64,000 bases of DNA. Origin: Phoronis australis (Eukaryota; Animalia; Phoronida). The position numbers and the translations under genes were made by a program. Positions within the stretch are counted from its first letter, which is position 1; every line of letters starts with the position of its first letter. This document shows, one piece after another, positions 26,901 through 37,300 of the stretch. The stretch lies in contig NMRA01000008.1 of NCBI GenBank assembly GCA_002633005.1, forward strand, positions 440,985-504,984. The letters are read 5' to 3'. Below the pieces are notes generated by a model. It searched no databases. It saw only the letters and a list, made by a program, of their open reading frames with translations, and was not told the origin of the DNA.

Positions 26901-29900
26901 GATGATTGCATTTAATCTGTGTTCGTAGTAGCAGGGCCGTTTTACCCAACTGCAGTGACCGTCTTAACCGCAAGGTAGGGTAAAACGGCCCAGCATCCCT
27001 TAAAAAGTCAAATCTGTCTTGGGCCAAGACGGTGCAATTTTAATTCTACTAATTATGATTTTTATAAACTACAAGGTAAGCTCTTCGAACATGATTAATT
27101 CATTGTACATACATTGTATACTTTTTGGGTAATGGATCTTTAAAGTTAAGGGTGCCGTTTTACCCCACTTTCCCCTAACTGCGATGTCACCGGAAGTGGG
27201 GCAAAAGCTTGTCGTTTGGCCATTTAACCAATACAGTAGCAGAGTGTATTCTGTTATTTTCTTCGCGTTTTTAGCCGTTTAGCTAAAAAAATGCCAAACA
27301 AGCATTGCTGTTATGGCAAATGAAATTCAGATTCGCACTACAAATATGTTCTATCGCGTGCTGTACTTATTTCGTTTTTTGTATTTTAAACGGGCGGTAG
27401 GCGAAATCCGCTCACTGATTAAGTTTTCACCTCGTCAAAAATTCATTCTACACCTAAAATTATCACCTAAAAAGGCGCTTACTTTCTTCAGTGGTTCTTT
27501 CTGCTTCAGTCTAAACAGATCTTCAATGAAGCCTAGCTACGGGAATTCAGGTGACTTTGGCGAAGAATTCCGACTCCACTTTGTGGTTACTGTTAACTTT
27601 GACCGCACACGCGATAACCACAAAGTATTTCATTACTGAAACAGGTGAATGAGACAAAGGCTAGCGCGAAACTGAGCGAACCGCAAGACCTGGTGTCTAG
27701 TACGTATGGTGAGGTGGTGCTGGGGAATAACACTGCATGATACGGGCTCTATGAGCCTGCGAGGTCTGTATTAGCCCAAAGGTCACCTATTTACAGAACT
27801 GAATACAACCGCACCTTGTTTAGCGCAGACTATGCTAATAGCATTATTGTTAAGTTCCTGCTATACATTAGGAGTATGCAAATATATGTTTAATGCGTAA
27901 AATGTAATGTTCACCTTCCCCTACTGGAGGAGTTACTGTTGCCCTTGGAACTGTTGCGTGATGACTCGCACTGGGCATCTATCAATAATTTTTCCATGTT
28001 GCCATTATAGATGGAGCTCCTTTGTACATCAGCAGGCAAGTCGGACAAAGAATCACCAACAGGCGTCTGTTGATAGTGAAGTTCAACCCAGGATTCTGCA
28101 ATACATTGAACAAAGTGACAGAGCGGAGTCAAAAAAGGCATTAAACTTAAATTTCGCACACAATCACATGGCAAGAACAAAATGACTGCAGCCACATCTT
28201 GTGATATCTGATATGGTAATTCATATAAATATACCAATAGAAATGACGTGCAATCAGACATCCATAGAGGCCTCAATTTCAGTAAGATGGAGGTCATTTA
28301 AAGGCGAAGGCAACTTTTTTCCATGTCATTTTGAGCTAAAATAAGGTTAGTTGGTTATCCTAGACATATTTTCCACTTAATTACAGCTTTTCGTAATTTT
28401 ATTAATTACTTGTCCACTACTCCGGAAGTGACGTTTTAGGAGGCAAGCATTTCGCGCCAATTTCTTTTCATATAGTCTGACTGTGAGAGCTGCCGAGTCA
28501 GTCATTGTTCTACCTCGGTTGTGTTAAGTTCCGTAGTCGTTTGCTTTCATTTACTAGTCAGTCAACATGCCACACTGTTGCTGCGTACCAGGATGTACTA
28601 ACTATCGGCTCACGCGCACTTTGGGAGTACCTTTGCATCGCTTTCCGATGGATGACACACTTCGCCGTACTTGGCTCGNNNNNNNNNNNNNNNNNNNNNN
28701 NNNNNNNNNNNNNNNNNNNNNNNNNNNNNNNNNNACAGTGCATTTGCACCAAGATGTGTCACCACGTCTGTCCTCAGTAGCCGCCTCGTTTCTCTCAACA
28801 GCTGCCTGTGCCTGTGCGTACTCTGCCTCGTTATAATCGGGCTCAAACATGTACCCACCCACTGAATGTCCGTGAAAAAATTCCTCGTCACCACTGCTGT
28901 GAACAAGGTCTCCGTCACTCACACTACTGTCACTGTGATACGGGTCACCGACTCCAGCCATTTTCAGCTTACAACACACTAAACAATCCCTAAATCCAAC
29001 GTAGTTGAGTTCTCTACTAACCTATCTTGCCGCAGAATACTCGCCGATGGAAAGTGGTGGCGACAATTGTTGAAAAACAGCACAAAACAAAAGTAGAATA
29101 GAACAGATTCGCACGGTAAAGTCAACGCAAAACCAAGTGGCGGGAATCGCTTGCCTCCTAAAACGTCACTTCCGGAGTAGTGGACGAGTAATTTATAAAA
29201 ATACGAAAAGCTGTAATTAAGTGGAAAATATGTCTAGGATAACCAACCAACCTTATTTTAGCTCAAAATGACATGAAAAAAGGTTGCCTTCGCCTTTAAA
29301 TTTTCAGACATGTGGGCCCAGTTGCAAATAGTTATACGCATACAGCAACAATGACGTCGCATGATCACGTGTTACGGTGTTATTGTTGAACAATGCACCT
29401 GACGTCACGCAACAATCAAACTTATCCAGCGGACAATTTTAAAGTTTTATGCAACCCAGCCCAGAAGAACAGTACTAGTAGTTGATATGAATTATTTCAT
29501 AATCTACTAAGAAGTAATTTTAATTACTGTATCAAAATACAATAAATCTACAGGGCAATTCACTAGTCAGAAAACAAACGCAGGAACAGATCACTGACCC
29601 CTTCCCCTAACAGTATGTGGGATGCTTTGGCACCACTTGACAATAACCCATCAGTTTACAGCTCTTATAATTACTATATCAACCAACAGCTGCTTATCAA
29701 GTACAATGAGATTGATAATATGGCGCAGGAGTGTGTTTTACGATAAGCTGGTTTGACCAACAGAAGCCATCAGATAAGATATGATTTCATATAGAAAATT
29801 TCAGGTCATGAGCACTTTTACAGGAATGAAAAGTACTACCAGAATATTTACCGTAACTCAGCAAGTTGGCAAATCATGCCATACTTTTCAACATAATTTA

Positions 29901-32707
29901 AAAAGGACTCTATTTTAGAGATTTCAAGTACTCCTTGACCTGTCCCCTGCTGGAATGCACCCTTGCCATCTCACTTGAGTGGTAGGGTAAATGAAGTATT
30001 CAACTAAAACTCAGAATGGTCTCACTGTGTCACCACTGAAAAACTAGTAACATTTTTGGCACACATGAACCTTTAATTAGTATGACAGCCCCAGTAGTAA
30101 CTCGAACTAGGTATGATAAGATGAGAACTCTATTTCAGTTATAATTCATGCTCTTCCCATGTATTTTGAAATCCATGAATTACTTCAGGAAAAATTACAC
30201 GGGATGAATTCCACACACGGTCGTGTAACCAAAGGATTGATGAATACCGGAAAGTTATGCCACTGACACTGCAGATAAGTGCAGTACAAGTCAAGCTACA
30301 GCACCAGTCATTTTGCGAAACAAATCGGTATTTTACTTGAATCAATAAAGCAGGGAGGTTGTGAATACGTAATATTTCGCTGCTATTTATCCAGTAAAAG
30401 TAAGCTAATAGGGATTATTTCCGTATTAGCGATGGAAAACCTTTAGAAGGCCTCCTAATTTAAATCGCAATCATTTAATCATTGTATCATGTCTTAATGA
30501 AAATAAGTGTTTTCTCTGCCAATTTCACATGGGAACAGTACTACTATAAGCACAAACCAAGTCAACCTATTGTGAGACAACAAAGAGTGTAGGCAATGTT
30601 ATCATTTACAGTCCCCCCCCCCACCCCCCTAACCATGCATTTCAGAACAAATTTTCCAACAACAACTCCTCGGTGCCCTTTGATGCACTCAAACTGAAGG
30701 TGAACATGATAACACTCCATGCCAATCAGGTTATTATGTTGAGGATGTGACAAATGGCATGTTCATAATAGCAACCTTGTACCGTGCTCCGAATCGCACC
30801 ATTCTCTTACCAGCCTTGTTATTGTCAATGTACAGAAAAACATCGTGATTTAACCTCAGGAACTGTATATTTAGAAAATCTTTCAACACATTAAGGCAAA
30901 AGAATTTTATTTTGTAAAATACTTTATGAAGAATTATTTTTAAGTAAGTTTTACTTTGTTACCAGAATGGTTTTTACTGTACATGAGTTATCAAATACCG
31001 TGTGGTAAAATGTGGAGCTTGATTTGTTTATCAGCAAACGACACTTAGCTTGACGACGAGTTGCATTTAGAGACTTGATGAAAATCCCAGGTCGCCAAAC
31101 GAAATCTGAAGTCGCCATAACTCGACTAAAAAGGTTGTGCCGTACTCCGTTATCAGCAACTTACTCATGCTTGGTCAATTTCAACCCTTAAAAAACATGT
31201 ACCATTCATTGTCTAACTCAATTCTTCCTACCAACAAAGATATAACGCATACACTGGAGGCACGTGTTATACCTATCATGCCAGATTTTTGATGAACAAT
31301 TTCGACTTCCATCCATTTGCTTCCTTTAAGCACATTCGATGTGTGCTGACTGCTGTGGTGACAAAATGCACTGATTTCACAAAATAAACAGAACAATTGT
31401 GAACCAAAGATATTAAATATAAGAAAACTGTTAAGAAGTCAACACAAACTTTGAAATGAATTTTGGGGGAATTATTGTCCGACTTTGATACTCGCAGAAG
31501 CAACTTCGTGGCAACTTGAGATTTTTCCCAGGTCGCCAAACAAAATCTGTGGTCGCATTGGTGACCTGCAGGTCGCCAAATCGAGCGTTGTTTAATGTTA
31601 TCAAAATATTTAAGTATAGAAAAAATCATTTAGGCAATAACTTTCCGACGAAACTGAAGAAAGTTCATTACCTGCTTATAGCAAATTACTGTCTGTCAGA
31701 TAAACCTCACATAAATGATCAGAAAAAAACATTAGACAAATCTTAGCCCAACAGGATTTGCAAGTAATTGGAAAAGAAAGTGTGCACTGTTTTACCCCAG
31801 ACAAACGCCGGGGAAGACAATTGGACTTCGAACGAGTAGATGACACTGAATGCAGCATCACAATTAACAGCAGGTAGAATTATAGCATGCACAATAGTAC
31901 AGCAATGCTGAAAACGTGACCTGCAAATACCAGAAGTTTTCTGGGGTGTCTATTACATACACCATGTTTGTCACCTCTCACCCAGTCTGTGCTGTTTGTA
32001 ATCCACAGGCCAGGACACATGGTGTTGGGAGAAACAACTAGACTAAACCAAAACCAAGAGGTTACATACCAAAAAATTGAAGCAATTACTCCATGAGGAT
32101 AAAATCTAGGGGCCACACAGTGTCGGTGTGATCGGCCCGGTCATCTCAGAGCCTTTAGTAATAATTGGGGTATTACGTAATATATAGATAATGAGATGCT
32201 ACCTAGCTCAGACAGTTGCATTAATCAACAGGTCAAACTGTTTTAATTCAGACAAAACAATATTTTCAGTGATGAATCAACAATACAGTCTGGCTAGCAA
32301 TCAATAAACAAGTAATTATACAAAAGTACGTCACCACTTCCTCTTATTTTCCAACCAACCATATCAAGTTAAACTTCTCAATCATGTTGACTTTAGTTTG
32401 TACGGTGTTTTAAAATTTGTTTGATAATTACGAATACAACGTTAGAACGAACAATGACCAATACACGTTCTCCCAATATCAAAGAACTTGTAACACGACG
32501 CAAAAATATGTTCAGAAAATATATTCATGCAACATAAATAACACGTCACGACAACAGAGTGATTGAGGCCATGACCAGCCCAGGCCACCTTAGCTGTCAA
32601 ACGAAAGAAGTCAAGTTGTGAGCTTGTTATCGCGCATCATAACATTTTAAAATGTACCTACCATTCAGTGACTCGTCTTGTTGCAACCTGACGGAAGAAT
32701 CCATCAT
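17934..32707 (-). CDS. BNIP3: BNIP3/NIX-family mitophagy receptor, ~173 aa; exons 32707-32662, 28095-27915, 22690-22663, 21054-20999, 19175-19029, 17997-17934
   Basis: The phase-consistent GT-AG join gives MMDSSVRLQQDESLNESWVELHY...SIYNGNMEKLLIDAQCESSRNSS...SPVEPPTDWIWDWSSRMESQPPSDWGKQFRHPARSRLSMRNTRVMKSSLFSLENLPALLVTHACTFFLGAAAMFIYMKKYCNWAAVAKATSQ*. It contains the LIR (SWVEL), the MEKxLxDAQxES block, the DWIWDWSSR conserved domain, LSMRNT and a C-terminal TM helix, all as in BNIP3/BNIP3L. Confidence 0.92.
18852..19007. mobile_element. CATGGGCGGCGC-ended MITE with 5-bp TSD (family B)
   Basis: TIR CATGGGCGGCGCA / TGCGCCGCCCATG with AAACA on both sides. Confidence 0.85.
21971..22025. repeat. 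Dispersed repeat fragment (family F); reverse-complement copies near 31082-31120 and 31509-31580
   Basis: GGCGACCTCAGATTTTGTTTGGCGACTTGGGAAAAATGTCAAGTTGCCAC versus GTGGCAACTTGAGATTTTTCCCAGGTCGCCAAACAAAATCTG. Confidence 0.65.
24600..25390 (-). mobile_element. Decayed non-LTR retrotransposon (L2/CR1-group) ORF2 C-terminus
   Basis: Minus-strand fragments LFDKMV..LCYGAEIWG, VHIKFCKNVLGV..SNSAIMGECGRFPL..IKYWFRIL, and the terminal CCHC-like RLCELCNSECVEDEYHLV, interrupted by frameshifts and stops. Confidence 0.8.
26032..27175 (+). mobile_element. pogo/Fot1-type (Tc1-mariner superfamily) internally deleted DNA transposon in BNIP3 intron 2
   Basis: TA on both sides and TIRs GGGGAGAGTGGGGTAAAACGGC / GCCGTTTTACCCCACTTTCCCC, with sub-terminal repeats of GTAAAACGGC. 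Encodes an HTH-psq fragment. Confidence 0.88.
26508..26737 (+). pseudogene. Transposase remnant: HTH-psq N-terminus joined out of frame to a C-terminal Cys-rich tail
   Basis: MPRKYIR...WEREDMEKAIAAMRREMGCKTAARQFGIPRTTLKRRF is a psq/CENP-B-type HTH. It is followed immediately, in another frame, by VDSEDEDCVCDLCL*, resembling the end of a PHD-like finger. The DDE domain is absent. Confidence 0.75.
28567..28678 (+). CDS. THAP zinc-finger N-terminus (probable transposase start), truncated by gap
   Basis: MPHCCCVPGCTNYRLTRTLGVPLHRFPMDDTLRRTWL matches the THAP pattern CxxxxC...H-x-F-P...R-x-x-W. Confidence 0.85.
28735..28961 (-). CDS. KolX / P2X7 cytoplasmic-domain-like protein N-terminus, truncated by gap
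   Basis: An acidic leader followed by GYMFEP...DRRGDTSWCKC, the characteristic start of the 'P2X purinoceptor 7-like' Cys-rich proteins carried by Kolobok elements. Confidence 0.7.
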
Positions 32708-32785
32708 TTAAAAGTTAATTAAGCTAAATATTTCCGATTACAAGTGAAATATTTTCAGCACTCTCGGTGCACGACACACTGTTGA

Positions 32786-32817
32786 TGTTTACGTTGATGA
32801 CGTCAACGATCACATGA
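32786..32817. promoter_or_regulatory. Motif cluster upstream of the BNIP3 ATG: FoxO site, CRE, M-box/CLEAR-like E-box
   Basis: TGTTTAC (32786-32792), TGACGTCA (32798-32805) and TCACATGA (32810-32817) fall within 32 bp, 80-110 nt upstream of the start codon. Confidence 0.5.
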
Positions 32818-33033
32818 TCAGCTGAGGCACTATCAGGGGAAACAATCGCTAAACACGAATCAGACGGTACAGTTAAGTCACGGAGACTTTGACTTTGGTC
32901 GGCGGAGTCAACGAACCTCGGCCACCTGCGGCACTCCACTGAGATCGCCAAATCAGCGCCGAATACATCGATACTCTCTGATTATTCATGAATTCCAACA
33001 TGCTTACTACATTCTTAATTTTTAAGGTGCCTA

Positions 33034-33112
33034 CAGTGGGCGGCCGCGGCAGCAAGGCAGGCGATGCCGGGGCCTTTAAAGCCCCCCATCCCCCTTTGGT
33101 GCGCCGCCCATG
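33034..33112. mobile_element. Short family B MITE
   Basis: CAGTGGGCGGC...GGTGCGCCGCCCATG flanked by GCCTA / GCCTG. Confidence 0.6.
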
Positions 33113-33338
33113 GCCTGAAAATTATCACAACAAAAAGTAATGGACTACTCGGTGTGATCAGCGCTTATTACTACTCAGTTCATCTTTTGACGAGGTCATG
33201 GTGTCAGAGTCTCAGCGCAGCTGTTGGGAAAAACGTTGATGTGAATTCCAGTCATTGTATGAAAATGTAAAATATTGCAATCTTGTGTCTACAGCTGAAA
33301 GGGGAGGGGGTTTTGTGGCACTGAAAGAGAGTGTAATC

Positions 33339-33497
33339 CATAAGCGGCGCAGCACTGAAAAAAGTGGGGCTATAGCCTGGCCCCCAGGCCCCCCTAGTGG
33401 TGATGCACCACCCGGTAGGACCAGGGCGCAGCACTGGAAAAGTCTGGAGGGGACGGATATAGCCCCACCCCCAGCTCCCTATGGTGCGCCGCCCATG
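33339..33497. mobile_element. Family B MITE (reverse orientation) with 5-bp TSD
   Basis: CATAAGCGGCGCA...TGCGCCGCCCATG flanked by TAATC on both sides. The interior AGCACTGAAAAAAGTGGGG(G)CTATA matches the 18852 copy in reverse. Confidence 0.85.
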
Positions 33498-34380
33498 TAA
33501 TCTGTATTCAGGTTGTGCTACTTTTACTTGGATTTGATGAGATGAACGACATAGCTGTCCAGGATTTCACGATTCTACACTGAGCCTGTAGACTCGTGAT
33601 TTAGATACCTCGATAAAATTGTGAATGCTTCATTGATTCTGCCTGGATATAAGTCCATTGAAATAAACTGATTTTAGCTTTAGATAATGTTCTATAGGCC
33701 TACTCTCCAAGTATTACATGTCTGTAATGATTGAGGGCCAGAGGTCACTTACATGAAATAAAACGTATCACCTTTAACTCATTGTCTTGGTGCCTATGGG
33801 TATTTTGCCCACATAATTTTGATACACAGATATGATTACAGATGATGAAATGTTACAGTAATTACATTGGCCAACATTTCCTGACAATGAACAGTGCTAG
33901 TAATTAATTTTCATCTTTCATCATTTCAACACCTGTACATGTAAATTCAACAAATGAAAAATCATATTCATTTAAAACAATGCTAAGTAAAAGCATGAAA
34001 ATAGCGAGTGATGTACAAAGTTAAAATGAGCGAAAATGGTAATAACCAGCAAAAATGAAACATCATTGAATGGAATTTTAAAATATCAAACATACTGTAA
34101 ACACCCAATAATAAGGAGTATAAAAAATGCACATTTATTCATCATAGACTTGTAAAATTACAATGACATATACAATGTAACGACAGTCTTTATTGATAAC
34201 AGACTGTCACATTTGGAACACATGATAAATAGAAATTCAGTCAGGTTTGTAAAAGAATACATAATTTTCAATTGGAGTTTAAAAGATGAATTTGACTAGG
34301 ATTCAAGCCTTACTCCGTAGACTCCAGTGAGTTTGCAAACACTCTTTTAACAGGTTTTGTTACAGTTTCACACTCCGTCA

Positions 34381-37300
34381 TCAACAATTCCTTTCCCATG
34401 GTTCTCGATATTGCAGCTTTAAATGTTCAAACACTTGCCTTTCACTTGTGGATTCCAGACTTTTACTCTGAAAACACAAAAATGTCATTTTAGAATTAAT
34501 AGCTGCATTGACAAAAATCTTAATGAGCATGTCAGGAAAAGTAGTCAAGAAAACACAGCGGTTATCTCACATGTTTTTGTCTGAAAAACGTGTCAGAGGC
34601 ATTTACATTAGTTAACTTGTTAAGTCTTGGAGTTATCTCATTACTATATGTTGGCTAACGTATGTTAATTACAGCCTACAGTAGGCCAAATCATCACCAG
34701 AACCTGTGGCTATAGGGATGAACAGATAACATGAATGTGGTGACCCCTATAAGTCTGTAAATTTACTATTCCTAATTTCTACAGTCGCACAATTAGTTCT
34801 TTGCCTGAAACGTAAATAAACTATTCAACTAAGCAAATTGATTGTGACAAAAAGTGGATTCAATTGTTGGTCAGTTAGCTCCTCTTAAGGCATTAGGGAC
34901 ACTTGTCAACTTTGTAAAAAGCTTTCATACTTCATCCAAACTTTTAAAAAGTTCGCAAGAGTTGCAAATCATTATTTAGTTTCAAAAATTTAAGAGATCA
35001 AATCCTAATTAATATCTCTTTGCTGGAAAAAACGGTCATTGCAGTGATACAAACACACAACAATTGAAAATAAAAAACAAAACACAAATGATTTGCACTA
35101 CTTATAAAGAAGGCATTTTTGAAAATATAAGAAATAAACAGCTACCAAAAGAAGCATAGCTTTCTAAAACTGCTTTGAGGTGGTGACGTCTTAATATCAT
35201 CTTCTAAGAATGCTAGAAAATCTGAAGATGACCACAGAAATAACGACCGAAATGTCGTGCCAATATAACAGGCTAGAAGTTGACATGGATGGATTAATAG
35301 ACTTTAGAAATGATGTTGCCACAAGACAGTTACATTTACGTGGGGACGAAGCAACAGCACGGACCAAAGCTAATCATGTAAAATGACCCGGAATGTCACA
35401 CAATGTCTCTTACTCCTCTGAGCTCGGTCTTACTTGTGAATGTATGCAAGGGAGTGAATGAGAACCTGGATATAATGCAAAAGCCATTTCTGGGGCTGTA
35501 CTAAAAATAATAAAGAAATGACTTGGAATCTCCTGTCATGACTGCAGAGTGCAAGCGGAATTCAAAATAACAGTAGCTACAGTCATCAGGCATTTTGTTT
35601 GACTACTTCCGGCGTGTACTGTATAAGCACTGTAGTGGGGGAGAAGCATGCATAATTGCACCTAATTAGCAAAAAAATTCAGACTACCTGTCCAGGTGAA
35701 TACAGTCCGTGGCTTGTTAACCTCATGTTCAGTTCCCTCTGAGCGTACAGTCTGAGTGACCGATTGAAGTGTTTGCTGCCTGTCCATCCAACCAAGGCGT
35801 AGTAATACTGATTGATTGGTGCAATAACAAGGTCGACCCTTCTGGCCACCCAATCACGATTAGACCTGGCCAGAAGCAATAGATCATCTAATTCACAATC
35901 ACGTCCAGATCCATCACAATGTAAGTTTTCGCCAACAGACTCCCCGCAGGGTAATTTCACGATTCCTATCCATTTCTCAAAATCATCCATTGTACTTTCA
36001 GATGCCACTGTGTTGGTGCTCGAGTGGCTCTCATGCTTCCCAAACAAAATGAAGTTCTTGCTGTGAAGGGCATCTAGTAGTTGTGCCAACAGTCCCTTTT
36101 CTTTGTCAGCCTCAGGATGGGAAATCAATAAGTCAACATCATGGCCACACGGTTTACCCCTGGAAATAAAGGAGCTTGAATTAAATTTCCAAGTAATTAT
36201 TGCAGGCACACCTTTACTGTTGATGGAATTTGCTAATTTAATCCAGACACAGGAAAGTTTTATTACCAAAACACGTGATCAAAAGCCTTGGACCAGATGC
36301 TGACTATGTCAACAGTTCTAGGTCGTGCACTCGGCCTTTCGAATAAGTCGGATTTTCCGATACTCGGATGAAACTTTGTGATCCAGTTTTATCCGACTAG
36401 TACTGCCTTTAGCAAAATTCTATTACGTTTTTTGATAATGTAATTATTGTATTGTATTGATCTCAATATCCATAACCCGTGACGTGCAGCAAACTAGTTT
36501 TCATTGTATGACAATACTTCAACAAAATATGGACACATAAATAAATATATTCATCACTATCACAGGCAGAGTACCTTCTAAATCCACCAGTTAACTCCAC
36601 AGTAGCACCAGGCAGGATTCTGTTGACTTCAGCCCTGACAATATCTCTGATGGTATCTGCCTCACTACGTGGGACAGGACTGTTCAGGTCTTGATAGAAT
36701 GCTAGGCCTGGCGAGAAATGAAAGTTTCTATTGGGGATGTTGCTAATTCAGCAAAATGACACATTTGAAACATTTTATTAACTACAGCCATATCTGATTT
36801 CGGCTGGAAAAAAATTTGAAAAGAAAGCGCAATCTATAATTACATCAACCTGAGCAGCGTTGAGTAACTCAAAAGCATTTTTGAATGAAACCATGGCCTT
36901 AGCAATTATTCATACTGTCCCTCAAGCAACAATTCGTAAAAGACAAACTTCTTATATTGTGCATTTGAATCAACATCTACAAAACTGCTAAGAGTACATG
37001 GACATTAACATATTCAAAGTGGGTGAAGTTGGCCAATGAAACGCAAGGTCATGCATTACTAATAATTTCTACCTTTCAACAAACCCCAGAAGGTCGCGAG
37101 GTTGGAGATTCCAACATTAAGTCACCAAAGTGCTAAAGTACTTTAGAACAAGTCACCCTCATACAATTTAACTACAGTAACCGTGCACAGAAAGGAAGCT
37201 CAAACAAGCCACTACCATTATGAACATAAAAAGATAGACCCTACAACAATGGCTATTTAATAAATGGTTCAAGATGTAGCCACCTAAACCAATACAATCA

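Larger units (their letters stand above)
28302..29295. mobile_element. Kolobok-type DNA transposon (interior hidden by an assembly gap) in BNIP3 intron 1
   Basis: TTAA on both sides (28298-28301, 29296-29299), termini AGGCGAAGGCAAC...GTTGCCTTCGCCT, about 148-bp near-perfect TIRs, two convergent ORF starts, and 56 N at 28679-28734. Confidence 0.85.

Noticed and set aside
33034-33497. RAG/Transib RSS-like ends next to the TdT-like gene, implying a V(D)J-like system
   Set aside because: Ends are CATG/CAGT rather than a CACAGTG-type heptamer with a spaced nonamer, and there are no RAG-like ORFs or gene segments in the window.
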